From: Proteromonas lacertae
Lineage: Eukaryota
Assembly (NCBI GenBank): GCA_002245135.1
Contig: NGBS01001162.1
Coordinates: 248,001-312,000 of the forward strand
Direction of reading: 5' to 3'
Length of the DNA stretch: 64,000 bases
Positions 27,182 to 40,739 of the stretch are shown one piece after another; positions within the stretch are counted from its first letter, which is position 1, and the number at the start of each line of letters is the position of its first letter. The notes under the pieces are model-generated. The model did no database searches. It was not told where the DNA came from and saw nothing but the letters and a program-made list of their open reading frames with translations. The position numbers and the translations under genes were made by a program.

Positions 27182-30065
27182 ATGAAATATCTTTTATTTT
27201 TTATAATTTTATTGTTTGTTCCTGATTGTAAATCTCAGGTAACAGTCAATGTGAATTGGGAAGAGTACATTAAAGAATCTGATCCAATTTGGTTGTTTGA
27301 AGCTGCATGATAAATCAACTTGGTATAAAAAATGGTATGATGCACCATTTGTGGGTAATGGCAATCTTGGAATCTTGACTTATTTGAATAATTCTAATAC
27401 TCCTGTAATGAGAATAGATATTGGTAGAGCTGATGTGTGGGATCATCGAATGAAAAGCACTCCATTAGCAACAGGTAATCCGTATAAATAGCGTTTAATT
27501 GTATTTTATTTTATAAATAGAGAAGTTGATCGTTTTCGTTTAGCTGTAGGCTATTTCTTTATTAGACCAAATGGTGATATTGAATCAGGTAATGCCAGAA
27601 TAAATCTGTACGATGCTCAAATTGAAGGTTATTTAAAAACATCAAAAGGTGAAATATGGTATAAAATCTTTACTGATTCTTTACATCATGTTTTTGTAAT
27701 TGATATGCAAAGTAGTGGTGAAGAAAGTGAAGTAGTAATTGAATATCATCCTCGAAAAGATCATTTACCAAGAGGAGTTAGTGATTATAAATTCAATCCT
27801 AGATGCAGTATGTAAAGATGAAATAAGAAATGATAGAAATTTCTATTACTTGTGATAAAGTGATGTTAGCTGGAGGAGATTTTGCAATGGTTAATGACGA
27901 ATGTAACACACAATGAACATCATATAACTCATTATGTCACAATTGATAATCAAGTAACATGGAATGTAAAAAGAGAAGTAAATGCAATAGACGGAGGAAT
28001 AAAGATTTTAGAAGATTATTTGAGCAATGATGTAGATAAAGAATATGAAGCTCATAAACAATGGTGGCATGATTATTACAAGAAATCCATTATATTCCAT
28101 ATCGCACATAAACAAACAGAGAGTTTTTGGTGGATTCAAATGTATAAAGTTGGATCAGCCACAAGATGTCAAAGTGAAGATAACTGTTGGGCTTATGATT
28201 TGATTGGTCCGTGGTATACTGAGACATATTGGAGTGACTATCATATGGATTTAAATGTAGAAATGGCAGCATGGCCTTTATGGGGAGCTAATCATGCTGA
28301 TGAATTCTTATCATTCTTACGATTTATGGATAAAAATAAAGATGCAATAAAATTAAGTGTTGAAGAAAGTATAAGAGAAGATTCTGGTGCTTTAGGTACT
28401 GAATTAGGATGGGATTGGATATTAGATAGTCAATCATGGGGAACAGCAGGTGAAATAGTCAAAGCACAAGAATGGGTTATAACAGGAAACTTGAATTGGG
28501 TTTGTCAAATATTATGGTTACATTATCAATATACTCACAATGAAACATTATTAAGAGATGTTTTATATCCATCATTAAAAAGAGCAACTAATTTCTATTA
28601 TCATTATTTAGTAAAAAATGAAGAAGATGGAAAATATCATTTCCCAGCTACATATAGCCCTGAATATACAAGTTGTGAAGATACAACATGGGATTTATCA
28701 ATAATCAGATGGAGTTGCACTTATTTACCAAAGATAATAGATATGTTGAGAGTTCAAGATACTGTTATGATAAATAGATGTAAAGACATGTTGGATAATT
28801 TAACTCCATATCCAGAAAGTGAAGAAGAAGGATATTTAATAGGTAAAGGTACAAGATTAGGAAGTCAACATCGACATTGGAGTCATATATTTATGGTATA
28901 TCCATTCAAACTACAAACATATACAGCAAATCCAGAATTAGCAGAAGTAATGACTAAAACAATTGATCATTGGGCAAGTTATGGTGTTACTGATATTGGA
29001 TTTAGTATAGTAATGGCTTCTGTATTTTATCAATTAATTCCTGGTCGAGATGAGAAAGCTTGGGAAACATTACAAGAAGCATGGAAATGTCATCGAGTTG
29101 GTTTAGCCACATTCTACTGGGAAGCTGATGAATCTCCAGTGAATGAATCTCCATTTGGAATGGCTTTTGCTTTACAATATATGCTATTAAGATCAGATGA
29201 AGGATATGTTCATGTTTTCCCAACAAGACCAAAAGCTTTAGAAACTATGACATTCTATCAATTACAAGCTGAAGGTGGATTTAGTGTATCAGCTCGTATT
29301 GAACAGAATACAACTGCTTGGATTAGTATTACCTCATTATTTGGTTCAAAATTGCAGATTAGAGTAGATGATTTAACAACTGAATTTGACCATACTCCAG
29401 CAGATATTGTAGTAACTCATGTTAAAGATGGTTATTGGGATATTGAATTAGCTAAAGGCCAAACAATAAACATTAGTCCAAAAGGAACATCTCCTAAATT
29501 TGAAATTAATCCAATAGAAGGTGATGCAAAAACATTACATGCATGGGGAACAAAGAACAAACCTTATCCAATTCCAGAACCACCATCTCCAACAAATGAA
29601 CCAACCACGCAACCACCAACAACAGTAAGACCAACAACTCCTCAGCCTACAACACCAAAGCCAACTGTCCCAAAACCTACTACTCCAATACCAACAACAG
29701 AAAAACCTACAACTGTTAAACCAACAACAGAAAAACCTACAACTGTTAAACCAACAACAGAAAAACCAACTACACCAAAACCAACGACTGAAAAACCAAC
29801 AACTGTTAAGCCAACAAGTGCTGTGCCAACTACATCTATTCCAACAATACATCCTACAACAACAGATGCTCCAATTCCAACATCAACAGAAAGTCCAACA
29901 GGAGATATTCAACCATCAAGACCATCTAATAAAACAGGACTAGCAATAGGAATTAGTTGTGGTGCTGTAGTTGTATTATTATTATGTTGTTGTATATGCT
30001 GTAGAATGAGAAGAAAGAGAGTAATAGGTGGAGGTGATGATGATTTAATGTATTCTCAATTGTAA
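27182..30065 (+). CDS. Type I membrane glycoside hydrolase family 95-like (alpha-L-fucosidase-like) with Pro/Thr stalk
   Basis: Signal peptide; FVGNGNLG, IDIGRADVWDHR, WSDYHMDLNVEM, YSPEY, HRHWSHIF; PTT repeats, TM helix, C-terminal YSQL; two +1 breaks (27300, 27893). Confidence 0.85.
29691..29810 (+). repeat. 30-bp coding tandem repeat (PTTEKPTTVK) x4
   Basis: ccaacaacagaaaaacctacaactgttaaa exact at 29691 and 29721, diverged copies at 29751 and 29781. Confidence 0.95.
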
Positions 30066-30124
30066 ACTAATAAAGCAGTTAATTATATATTAGAAAAAAA
30101 AGAACTAATTATTATTAATTAAAA

Positions 30125-30718
30125 TTATATTTCAGGGTGTTCTTCCTTCCATTGCTCAATCTGCTGTAATATATTGTTAAATACTTCGTTTGACTATTTT
30201 ACAATATATAATATTGATATAATAATACTGAATTCTCTAAATCTATACTAATTTGACCAACAAATGAAAAACTATCATCATTCAAGTGTTTTAAATCTTC
30301 TGCTAATCTATCAGACTCTACTGCTGTAGAATCATAATCTACCAGTGCTTGTTCATATTTCTTTTGAAGCAATGATAGAACTGTGTTTGAATCAGCAATC
30401 ATTGCCTTAAAGAGTAATAGTTATTATAAAATATATACTGCCAAAGCAATATTCTCTACTGTAAGATATTTATCTCTTGAATCGGTATTTTCAAAGAATT
30501 GATTGTTGTTTTCTTTTTTCTTAGACATTGACTTTTCTAGATTATCCTAAAAATATAATAATAATCTATTAATACATATTTCTTTTTATTTTTTATAGAT
30601 AAAGCAGTAGATTCGTCAATTAGTCTATATGTAATAATCAAATATCGTACTCTTGTAGTAATTCTTGCATATCATCTGTTGCACTTCTTTTTGATGATTT
30701 TTTGGTTTTATTTGACAT
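30125..30718 (-). CDS. Small hypothetical coiled-coil protein
   Basis: ATG 30718 (MSNKTKKSSKRS), several GT-AG introns, ends EEHPEI*. Confidence 0.55.
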
Positions 30719-30793
30719 TTAATCTTTTAAAATTAAAAATTTATAATCGAGCTTTAGCTTGATTAATTTTTTAAAAATCAAAAATAAAACATT

Positions 30794-32383
30794 CTATACA
30801 ACAAATGGATTATTTAAAACATCTTTAAATTCATTAGCATAATCCAACAAACGATGATCACTCATATAACTACCAACTAATTGAAAAGAAATGGGAAAAT
30901 TGTCTTTATATCTTCCTAAAGGCAATGATATAGAAGGTAATCCAGCTAAACTAGCAGGTAAATTCATAATATCATTACTGTATGTTTCTAATACATCTTT
31001 ATGGTGATTTAATGGTTTTGGTTTGCTAATTATTGTAGGACATAGCATATAATCAACATCTTTGAATATATTGATCATCTCAATCTTCAAATCATTTCTA
31101 ATATCAATTGCTTTATTATAATAATTATCAACATTCAACTTTGATAATACAAAATTTCCTAATAATATTCTATTCTTAACTTCATCTCCAAATCCAACAG
31201 TTCTATTATTTGTAATTACATCATGATATGACATATTATCATTATTATTATTATCACAATTCTTCATTCCATATCTAATACCATCATATCTTGATAGATT
31301 AGACGCTGCTTCAGCTGATGATATTATGTAATAAATTGGTATTGCATATTTCATTGATGGTATAGACACTAACTTGACCTTATAATTCATTGATTCTAAA
31401 TAATTGATTAATAATTGCCATAATTGAAGTATTTCACTATCTAATCCATCAATATATAACTCTAATGGAATTCCAATTGTATGTTTCTTATTGTATTTAT
31501 TATTATATTCACTAATATCAATGGATGTGCTATCATTATCATCTTTTCCTTCAACAATTTCTAATATTTTATTCAATGAACTAATTGAATCTTTATTAAT
31601 CATTATTCCTGGACAATCTAATGAACTACCAAATGATATTAAACCATATCTTGATAATAATCCATAACTTGGTTTATAGCCAATAATACCACAATATGCA
31701 GATGGCTATTATATATATATTAATAATATAAAAATATATTATTATACTAATCGAATAGAACCACCAGTATCACTACCTATACTAAATATTGAACAATTCC
31801 TACTTACACTACATGCACTTCCTCCTGAACTACCTCCACTACTATAACACTGAGATAAATCATTTAAATCTTTTGAATAAGGTGAATAACATTGTCCATA
31901 AGGTGTATAGGAAGTGTCACTACCCATTGCAAATTCGTCCATGTTTGTTTGACCTATGATTATTCCACCTGCTTTCTGTAATCGATTTATTACGGTTGCT
32001 GTATAGGGTGATATGAAAGTGTCAAGAATGCGAGAACAAGCATTTACATTCTTATTCTTAATACAAAAATTGGCTTTTACAGCAAATGCTATACCATCTA
32101 TTATAGATAATGGTTTGTTTTCTATATATCTCTTTTCTGACAAATAAGCTTGTTCAATTGCTTCCTATATTTAAATAAATCTCTTTAATCATATACATCA
32201 TAATATGTGTTAGTAAATATATGATAATCATTGCTTTTAGTGCAATTTAAAATCAACTCTTTGACTGAATCAACAGGAGATCTTGACTTTAACAAAAATT
32301 GTTTTGATAACTTTTAAAATATATTATTTTTATTTCTATATATATACTACTTCTAAAGAAAAACTTGAAAATTTAGAATTCAT
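30794..32383 (-). CDS. QRSL1: Glutamyl-tRNA(Gln) amidotransferase subunit A (organellar)
   Basis: Amidase signature TNMDEFAMGS, GGSSGGSA, GSDTGGSIR; EAASNLSRYDGIRYG, GFGDEVKNRILLG, PASLAGLPSISLP. Confidence 0.95.
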
Positions 32384-32419
32384 GTCAAGCCGAGTTTTTA
32401 CTTGTTTTGTTGATTTCTC

Positions 32420-33514
32420 ATGTTATACAGAGTATCTAATATTTTTGAGTGTTTATTTTAGGTTGCATACTATAAAGCTCCACTAATATGCTTGTTTGCT
32501 GCTTGTTTGTTTGTATTTCTAGTAAATATAACTCCACCTTCATTAGATGGAATTAATAGAGATAATCCCTCAATGGTATGATTTGTTATTTACTTAATTG
32601 AATAGATTTTATACAAAATGTCGATATGTTTTTCAACTTGTTGTTTATTCTATCTATATTTGAATTATAATAAAGTTACTGCTGCATTATCATATATATC
32701 TCCAAGTGCATGGTTTGGATTTCAACCAATTCATATGTTTTCATCCTTCATCCTTATTGTTAGTTTAATAATCAGTTTATATCTTAGTGAAATAGTTTAT
32801 ACTATAATGAAGATATATATACAGCGTAGAAATAACAAATTAACCTTCAAACAGTATATATTTATTGTTTATCAAAGTAAATTAGAATAATGATTCAATT
32901 TCCGTGGTATGTTTATATAAGTGGTCATTCTCATATTGCCATAAGGAATTATATACTTGGACCAATTACTGAAGAATTCTATTTTAGATGTTGTATGGTT
33001 AGTTTATTAATAGGAAGTAATTATAAATTATATTCAATTTTAATATGGTGTTTTATAATATATTTCTGTTGTATATTTGTTATGTTTTACTATTAATAAT
33101 AGTGCCAATATTAGAACATATTATGAATAGTGAATTTGATTATAATAATAGTGGATTTATGATTGGATTATTATTACAAAGCGTATTTTCAGCAATGTTT
33201 GGTATTATTGAGTTGCTATTATTAATAAGAATGAGTATATTGTTTTATATTATAATAATTGTATAGATAATTTTTATGCAATTTTATTATTTCATTCTTT
33301 GTGTAATATATTAGAATTCCCTTCATTTAATTGGATATCAGATAAAGATCCTGTTTATATTTATAGATATTGTATTGAATAGTATGTTGTTATTGTTTTT
33401 ATAGTCTTAAATGGATTGTCATTGATTGGTATTGTGTTTTTCATTTACATTTTCACGTCATTTACTAATCCTTTATATTTTGAATCTTTTTTATGGAAAT
33501 TTGTTACTCAATAA
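32420..33514 (+). CDS. RCE1: CAAX prenyl protease 2 (Rce1)
   Basis: RDNP, RNYILGPITEEFYFRCCM, HSLCNILEFP; multiple TM segments; the motif-2 His is recovered only by removing three doubled bases at 33105-33116. Confidence 0.85.
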
Positions 33515-33593
33515 TTAGTTTATGTATATATATTTATTTAATTTATTCTTTTTTGTTATAAAAACAAACAACAACAAAATTATGAAATTTAAG

Positions 33594-34303
33594 TCACAGT
33601 GATAATATTAAAGGTATTCCTTTATTAATTCTATAATACAAATTGATTTGTTTATTAGCATTCCACAAATCAACTTCATTCACTTTCATCTTTTCATTAT
33701 CAATTTGTAGATTTATTGCATATGATAAATAATATTTGCATGTTTCCCATACTAAACAATCTGAGGATGATAAGGTGATTATCAGAGAAAGATTCATTGA
33801 ACTATAACAAATGAGAATAAAATGAGCAAAATACTGACAATATGAGAATAGAAGATAGTAATTTTTAGGTTCAGTAAATATTTCACTAACATCATCCACA
33901 ACTAGAAGTGAAGGAGTAAAAATCTCTATTGATTTGCTAAGATAAGTGAATAATTCTGAAAAGGTATTTGCATATCTAAATTGAATAAATATACCAATAT
34001 ACTTCATATGTATTCTTTTTAAAGGTTTGGTTGATCTAAATTCTATTTGTTTAAGAAAATCCCTGAATTTATCTCTAAACAAAATAATGTTAAATTATGA
34101 ATTTTATACTTCTTTGTAACATACAAAACTTCTTTATTAAGTGATGCCAATTCATAAGATAAGTGAAATGAGAAAGCAGTCTTTCCAAAACCAGAATTAC
34201 CTATTATACATGCGTAATAATCTGAAGTTGGATCTAATCTATCGATAAAATCATTACCATTGTTGAAACAAAGGAATAAAGGATTATTTTTGTTAGGAAT
34301 CAT
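33594..34303 (-). CDS. RAD51-paralog ATPase, SWSAP1-like
   Basis: IIGNSGFGKTAFSF..VLYV; LKRIHMKYANTFSELF after removing a 27-nt intron; PSLLVVDD Walker B. Confidence 0.7.
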
Positions 34304-34317
34304 TTTTCGCGCCAAAA
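34304..34317 (-). promoter_or_regulatory. E2F-type site TTTTGGCGCGAAAA abutting the start codon of the RAD51 paralog
   Basis: Matches TTTSSCGC on both strands; rare CG-rich word in an AT-rich background. Confidence 0.55.
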
Positions 34318-34367
34318 ATCCCTCCAAGTAAAAAAAACATAAATTAACAAGTATTACTCAATTAAAA

Positions 34368-35406
34368 TTACATTACAGTGTTAGTATTCTCTGGTTCTCT
34401 CACTTGAAGTTCTAACTTATTCTATAGAACAATAAAATATTAATATATACAACAATATATATGAGTTCAGTGATTTGAGCACTTTGTTTAGTAGTTAATT
34501 CAGTCAAATCCTTTAATCTCTTATCTCTAGTATGTAAATCTTTGAATAGAGATATTTTTCTTGTTGCTATTTTCCATTCACTAAATACTCTCATTTTAAG
34601 CCATAAATCAGGTGACTTAAAAGTATTTAAATCCATCAATATCTCTTGAGAATTAAAATAATCCCAATTCTTCATTAAACAATCAAAAACTATTATTATG
34701 AAAATATAAATAATTGAATAAATAAATACATTTTTCATATATATCAAATTGATTTATTTCTGATATTTGTCTTTGAAATAATATATTTCCATATACTCGA
34801 GATATATCACTTAACTTTATATAATTAACATTTGAATTTGCTAATAATATTTGGAAAAAATCATGTAAATGACATAATATAGACTAATAAATATATATAA
34901 TTAATAATTATACATATTCTACTTCATTCATATTTATTATATACATAGATAAAATGTATTTTAAATCTACTATTTGGTTATTTGTATATTTAACTAATCT
35001 ATTATAAAATGCATTTGTGAAAAATGGTTGTTCTAAATTTTTGAACCAAGTAATTAGCAATCCAGATATTACATGTTTGTCAGATGTGGTACTTAGTAGG
35101 ATACTACTTCCAGTTTTATTTATTTGATTTATTATATTATCTACTTGAGTTTTTACTTGCTGATAACTACAAATTATCAATTTTTAAAATATACGCTTTA
35201 ATAGAAGAATCATCAGGTGGAATTTGTAAAGAATATGGATCTCTAAGTATATCATTTATTGAATCAACATCAGTTTTCAAAATGCGAAAACATGTGTCAA
35301 TATATGAAGGAATAGCCTTTAGAATAATAACAAACATAAAAATCTATACATTCAGTTTAGAAATGCTTTTGTTGAATATCGGTTCTTTTGCTTGACATAT
35401 TCCCAT
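34368..35406 (-). CDS. Divergent RhoGAP-fold protein with N-terminal MGxC acylation motif
   Basis: MGICQAK; IPSYIDTC; DKHVISGLLITWFKNLEQPFFT; no GxFR arginine-finger motif seen. Confidence 0.65.
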
Positions 35407-35549
35407 TTTAAAAATCAAAAAATTTAAATTTCAAATAGAATTTGGCTTGATCAATTTGAATATGAAATATCCGTTTCTTTATTTTGAATAACTGAAAATT
35501 CGTTACAAAATTGAATAAATTCGTTTTTAAATTTAACACTATTTTTAAA

Positions 35550-36600
35550 ATGAGCTCAACCGTATAAATTCATAGTTAATTTTATTTAGAAATTCTTATT
35601 TGTCCTTTTCATTGCTTTTGCTATCGCTTCAGCATCTTTTAACAAGAATCTGAGGTATTTAGATGATCAAAACGAAAGAGAGATGGATGATTCAGGAAGT
35701 CCAGATGTTAGTGTATCGCCCTCAGCTGCTACAACCCCTGATGCTGCAACCACACCAGATGCAACTACTACAGCATCAACAGAAGCAACAACCACAACAC
35801 AATCACCAGGAGATGAAACAACAACAACTCAAGGAGAAGTAACTACTACTTCATCCAAAGGCGATGAAATTCCTAACAGATTGATATGTGTAGTTGATAA
35901 TGGTGTAGCATTATTAGAAAATCATAGTGGATATAAATTAACAAAATTTTTATGTCAACTAGCACAGCCAGAAAAAACTGAAGGATCACCAGAATTTACC
36001 GTTACAAATGGAGAAACAGATGTGAAGTGTACTTCAACAGGTCCTAGTAATGATAATTTATATACAGTAACACCTGCATTTCCAGTAGATTTACAAATTG
36101 ATCATGTTACAGTTACATCTAATTGGAGTAATGTCGTAAATACAACAGAATTGTATTTGGGTTGTAGATTAGGTAATAGCTATTATGTTGGAGATGAAAA
36201 GGTAGAAGGAGAAGACACAAAATGTCCAGCTCCATTAAATACAGATATATTCTTCAATGGAACATGTAAACAACATGATAATGTCGATGTAATGGGTACT
36301 AATAAAGAATATGAATTTGTGTTTAATGAAAAATCAGATATTTGTGAGTGTTCATCAAGTATAACAGTAAAAGGTGAAACAATCACTTTACAAACAGAAA
36401 ATCTATTCTTTGGAAATAAAACTGCTTTACCGTGCAAAGGACCAGGTGAAGAAACTGAAGTGATGTGTTCTGTAAGTGGATGGGTTACATTAACTAATGA
36501 TGAAATATCTTCATGTACATTAGATAATGCAGCTTCCATTTCATCAGTATCTAATCTTTTAATTGGATTATTCATTTTAATTGCACTTACAATATTATAA
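35550..36600 (+). CDS. Secreted, probably GPI-anchored Thr-rich/Cys-rich surface protein
   Basis: After one intron: signal peptide KFLFVLFIAFAIASA, ATTPD repeats, about 10 Cys, C-terminal small residues plus hydrophobic tail. Confidence 0.8.
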
Positions 36601-36725
36601 TCAACATTTTTCAGTTATATAATCCTTTTTTTCTCTATCTATATATTTTTGGGTTTTTATTGATAATATATAATCAATAAACAAAAATTCAAAATAATAA
36701 TTTATTATTAATAACTAATTAATAA

Positions 36726-37060
36726 TTAGCCAGCTTTGTACAATAGAATAGCATATTTTCCAATATAAAAGAATATAAAATGCTTTGATTCATGTGTTAC
36801 AAATGATTTATAGTGTGTTCCTACAATACAATGCCAAGAAGGACCATATTTTTGATCAAAATGTGTTTTAATTGCTTTTGATATTTCTGTTTCTTCTGAA
36901 TATGAATCTATAGCTGTCTTTCCTACTGCAAATGCATCTTTCTATTCAAATAACTATCAAAATATACTTTCATTTCACTATTATCATCCACTAGACAATA
37001 ATAAAAATAAATATATATACTATCAGTCACAGTTTCAGCAATTGGTGGCATACCTTCCAT
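36726..37060 (-). CDS. Dynein light chain LC8 family
   Basis: Not in the ORF track; two introns; EISKAIKTHFDQKYGPSWHCIVG..SFVTHESKHFIFFYIGKYAILLYKAG*. Confidence 0.93.
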
Positions 37061-37293
37061 TTCTATATCAAAATAAATGTAAAAATCTCATAATTATAGG
37101 TAGAATAGTGATGATATATTTATAAAAAATATATACTTGTTAGTTGATATAAAAATAAGACTTTTTAAATAAGAAACGGATTTTCAAAACGATTAAAACG
37201 ACTATAATTTTTGTAATTTAATTTTGTTAGTTTTATCACATATAATACAACAAAATTATCAAAAATATCATATTAAACCATATATCATAATGA

Positions 37294-39396
37294 TTACAAT
37301 TCTTTCTTTACTAATTCACATAATTCTTCAAATGAATAATTGGAAATATCATTATTCCTTCCATTTCTAATAGTAATAGTGTTATTCTTAATCTCTTTAT
37401 CACCTATAACACCAATGTAATTATAATGTAACATTTCCGAACTTCTGATTTTTTTATTCAAAGATTTATCACTGTCATCAATATCAACAACTATTTCATT
37501 AAGTATAACCTCTAATTTCTTCTTTATGTCTTTACAATATGATAAATATGATTGGTTAATAGGTAATAATATGATTTGATAAGGTGATATAAAGAATGGA
37601 AATTTTCCTTTATAATGTTCAATTAAAATTGCAATAAATCTTTCAATTGATCCTAATATAGCTCTATGCAAGATAATTGGTCGAGAAGTTTTACCATCTT
37701 GAGTTTTATAACTCAAATCAAACCTTTTAGGGAATTGAAAATCAATTTGAATAGTAGCAAGTTGATGTTTTCTATTCAAATTATCATTTACAATAAAATC
37801 TAATTTTGGACCATAAAACGCACCATCTCCTTTGTTTAATACATATGGTATTTTATTATTGTTTAATATAGAAATCAATATATTTTCAGCTATTTCCCAA
37901 TCATTTGATTCACCTATAAATTTCTCAGGTTTTGTTGATAACATTACAGTAAAAGTCAAATCAAATTTCTTATAAACACAATCAACAAAATCAATACATT
38001 CTTTTATATCATTTTCTAATCTTTCTAGTGATGTGAATATATGAGCATCATCTTGATGAAACCTTCTCACTCTTGTCATACCTGTCAAAGCACCAGATTT
38101 CTCATTACGATGTAATGGTGAAAAATCAGCATATTTAATAGGTAAATCTCTATAAGATCTTACTTCGGCTTGATACATCAAGCAATGGGCTGGACAATTC
38201 ATTGGTTTTAAACCCATTATTTGTTCATCAACGGATTTGTTGATAAAAAACATATCATCACTATAATTCTGTAAATGTCCACTTGTTTCCCATAACGATG
38301 TGTAGAACAATTGAGGTGTTATAACTTCAGTATAATCTCTAAGTTTATACTCTCTTCTCAAGTAATTTATTAATCGATTGAAGATTATTGTACCTCTAGG
38401 TAGTAAAAATGGTGATCCTGGACTAGTATTGTGAAACATAAATAAATGCAATTTTGGACCTAGTATACGATGATCCATATCTTTTGATTGACTTAATACG
38501 GTTTTCCACTTGGCATATAAATCTTTTGTTGGATATCCTATACCATAAATCCTATATAGATTATTTTCTGATGATTCTATTGCTGATGAAGAGATTAATC
38601 GAATTATTGCTAATTGTGAGACATTTGATAGTAATGGTGATTTATTAGGTAGATTATATATTGTATTATTGATTTTAACCATTTCTACTTTCTTATCAAG
38701 TTTATTTGATGATTTTGCAAAAGTAATATCCTTGATGAATGTAATCGCTGTTGCATTATCTATATTCTCTATAATTTCTATTGGAATATTCTGTTTTATC
38801 ATTTTTTCAATATCTTTATTCATTTCATTTAATTTATCTTTTCCTATTGATTTTGTACTCTATGTACATTATATTAGCTTGATATACCTGTATATCAATG
38901 TAAAAACCATATTGCAAACCATCACCTAATCCACAGTCCATCACTTTTATCTAATTATTAGAATTAGTATTCTATACATCTGGATATTTTGATTCTAACA
39001 TCGATTTCAATATCAATGAACATGTATTCCATATGTGTTGATTCATATCCTCTGAATACTTACACAATTCAAACTTTGATGAATTGTTAAGTGATTGAAG
39101 ATTAACATACTCATTATTGCATTTGCTTAACAAAATCTGATTATCTGTCTTCTCTATATACAATAAATAATAATAATACTCAATCGACATTGAGAAAAAT
39201 TGGTCATTATACTCTTTTTCATTTCCTCTGGAATATCATCTTTGCTTTTCAACACATTTTTGATATGTAGCTGAGTTGATGAATATAAATCATTCCACAA
39301 TTTCAAATTTTCTTGTGAAAATAGAGAAAATGTTCTACAGAAGTTAATTTTATGATATATTTTTAACGATAATGCTCTTGTGTAAGATGAAAACAT
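37294..39396 (-). CDS. TARS: Threonyl-tRNA synthetase, organellar-targeted
   Basis: DHRILG, LKPMNCPAHC, HRNEKSGALTGMTRVRRFHQDDAH, GAFYGPKLD, HRAILGSIERF; presequence-like MFSSYTRALSLKIYHKINFCRTFS. Confidence 0.95.
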
Positions 39397-39722
39397 TTCA
39401 AACTCTATCAAGCCTTTTCAAATTATTTTTGGTTTTTAATAGCCTTTGATTATAACATAGATGTATAAATAGTTTGGGACTAGTTAAGCATGCATTAATT
39501 TTGCATCTTCAATATTTAAATGAGAAAATAATAACAATGCAGATTTAAAGTCTTCTATCAATTAACACAGGCGAATTATACTTTTATCCCAATATATATA
39601 CAATAATTCATAAATGTAGTCCATCAAAAGCGTATTATAACACAAAAATAGTTTTGGAGGGATTTTTTTCTTCGCCACTTTTAAATATCGCTACTCATTT
39701 ATTTCGAGTGAAGCTTAGTCGA

Positions 39723-40640
39723 ATGGAAATTATTTCACCTACAGATGAATCAAACAATGTATACATACATTTAATACATAGCAAATCAACAAATCAGAAT
39801 GTCAGACTCAGATTAATCCTGATATCAGTGAGTATTTTACAAATCTTATGAAGGAAGACAATGAATGTATATTATACCACATTTATATGTCTAGGGAATG
39901 AAAATCACAAAGATTCTATAATAGTACACTCTAATCGCAGAGCCAATTATGTTGATCTAATTTGTAGTTTTAGTAATGATTTTTTCTTGAAGAATTCAAC
40001 TGTTGAGCTAGCTATTCTGTATTTTACTTCCTAATTTCTTTCTCATAGCATAATGGATGAGTTATTTCGCATCACATCAGATTCAATCACTTCAAACGAA
40101 CTAGTAGCAATTGTATGTATTATAATTTCAGCTAAATATGAAGAGGTGGAATATAACATTCCATCTCTCAATGAAATATCATCATACTTCGAATTAAAAG
40201 AAGATCAAGTGGACTTTGTGAAGAAAATGGAGTTTACAGTATTGAAACACCTCAATTGGAAGATCGCATTTCCTTTATACACCACTTTCATTGACTATTT
40301 CAACTCTAAAGGATTTGTTTTCACTGATGATACAAGTTTTCAAAAACCTATCTCTCAACTCAACATTTTACTACTTGATGATTGTCGCCAAAAGTGTATG
40401 ATGTTGTACAGGTATGATTATGATCTTCATATGTATAAAAAATCAATTATTGCTGCTGCTACAATTATTGTCAGTAGAATGTATGCTAAGATTGATTTGA
40501 TTTGGAGGTATGAACTATGTTTACTAACTGGATATGAATATAAATCTCTATATCCAGTATTTACTACAATATACTCAAAACTATTTAATAATCAAATGCT
40601 TACATGTCATAAGATAAATGATACTTTTAATTATTTGTAA
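39723..40640 (+). CDS. Cyclin (divergent)
   Basis: RRANYVDLI..TVELAILIMD, LVAIVCIIISAKYEE, KMEFTVLKHLNWKI, SIIAAA; three introns. Confidence 0.88.
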
Positions 40641-40739
40641 ATATGACTTTTTAATGTTGAATTCTGTTTATTAGCCATGAAAAAAACAAAAAACAAATTC
40701 ATCTATCAAACACGTTTGAACTTCATTCTGTTATAAGAT

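Noticed and set aside
33103..33120. Catalytically dead Rce1 (motif-2 His lost)
   Set aside because: Removing three doubled bases restores HxxH, consistent with the error pattern elsewhere in the window.
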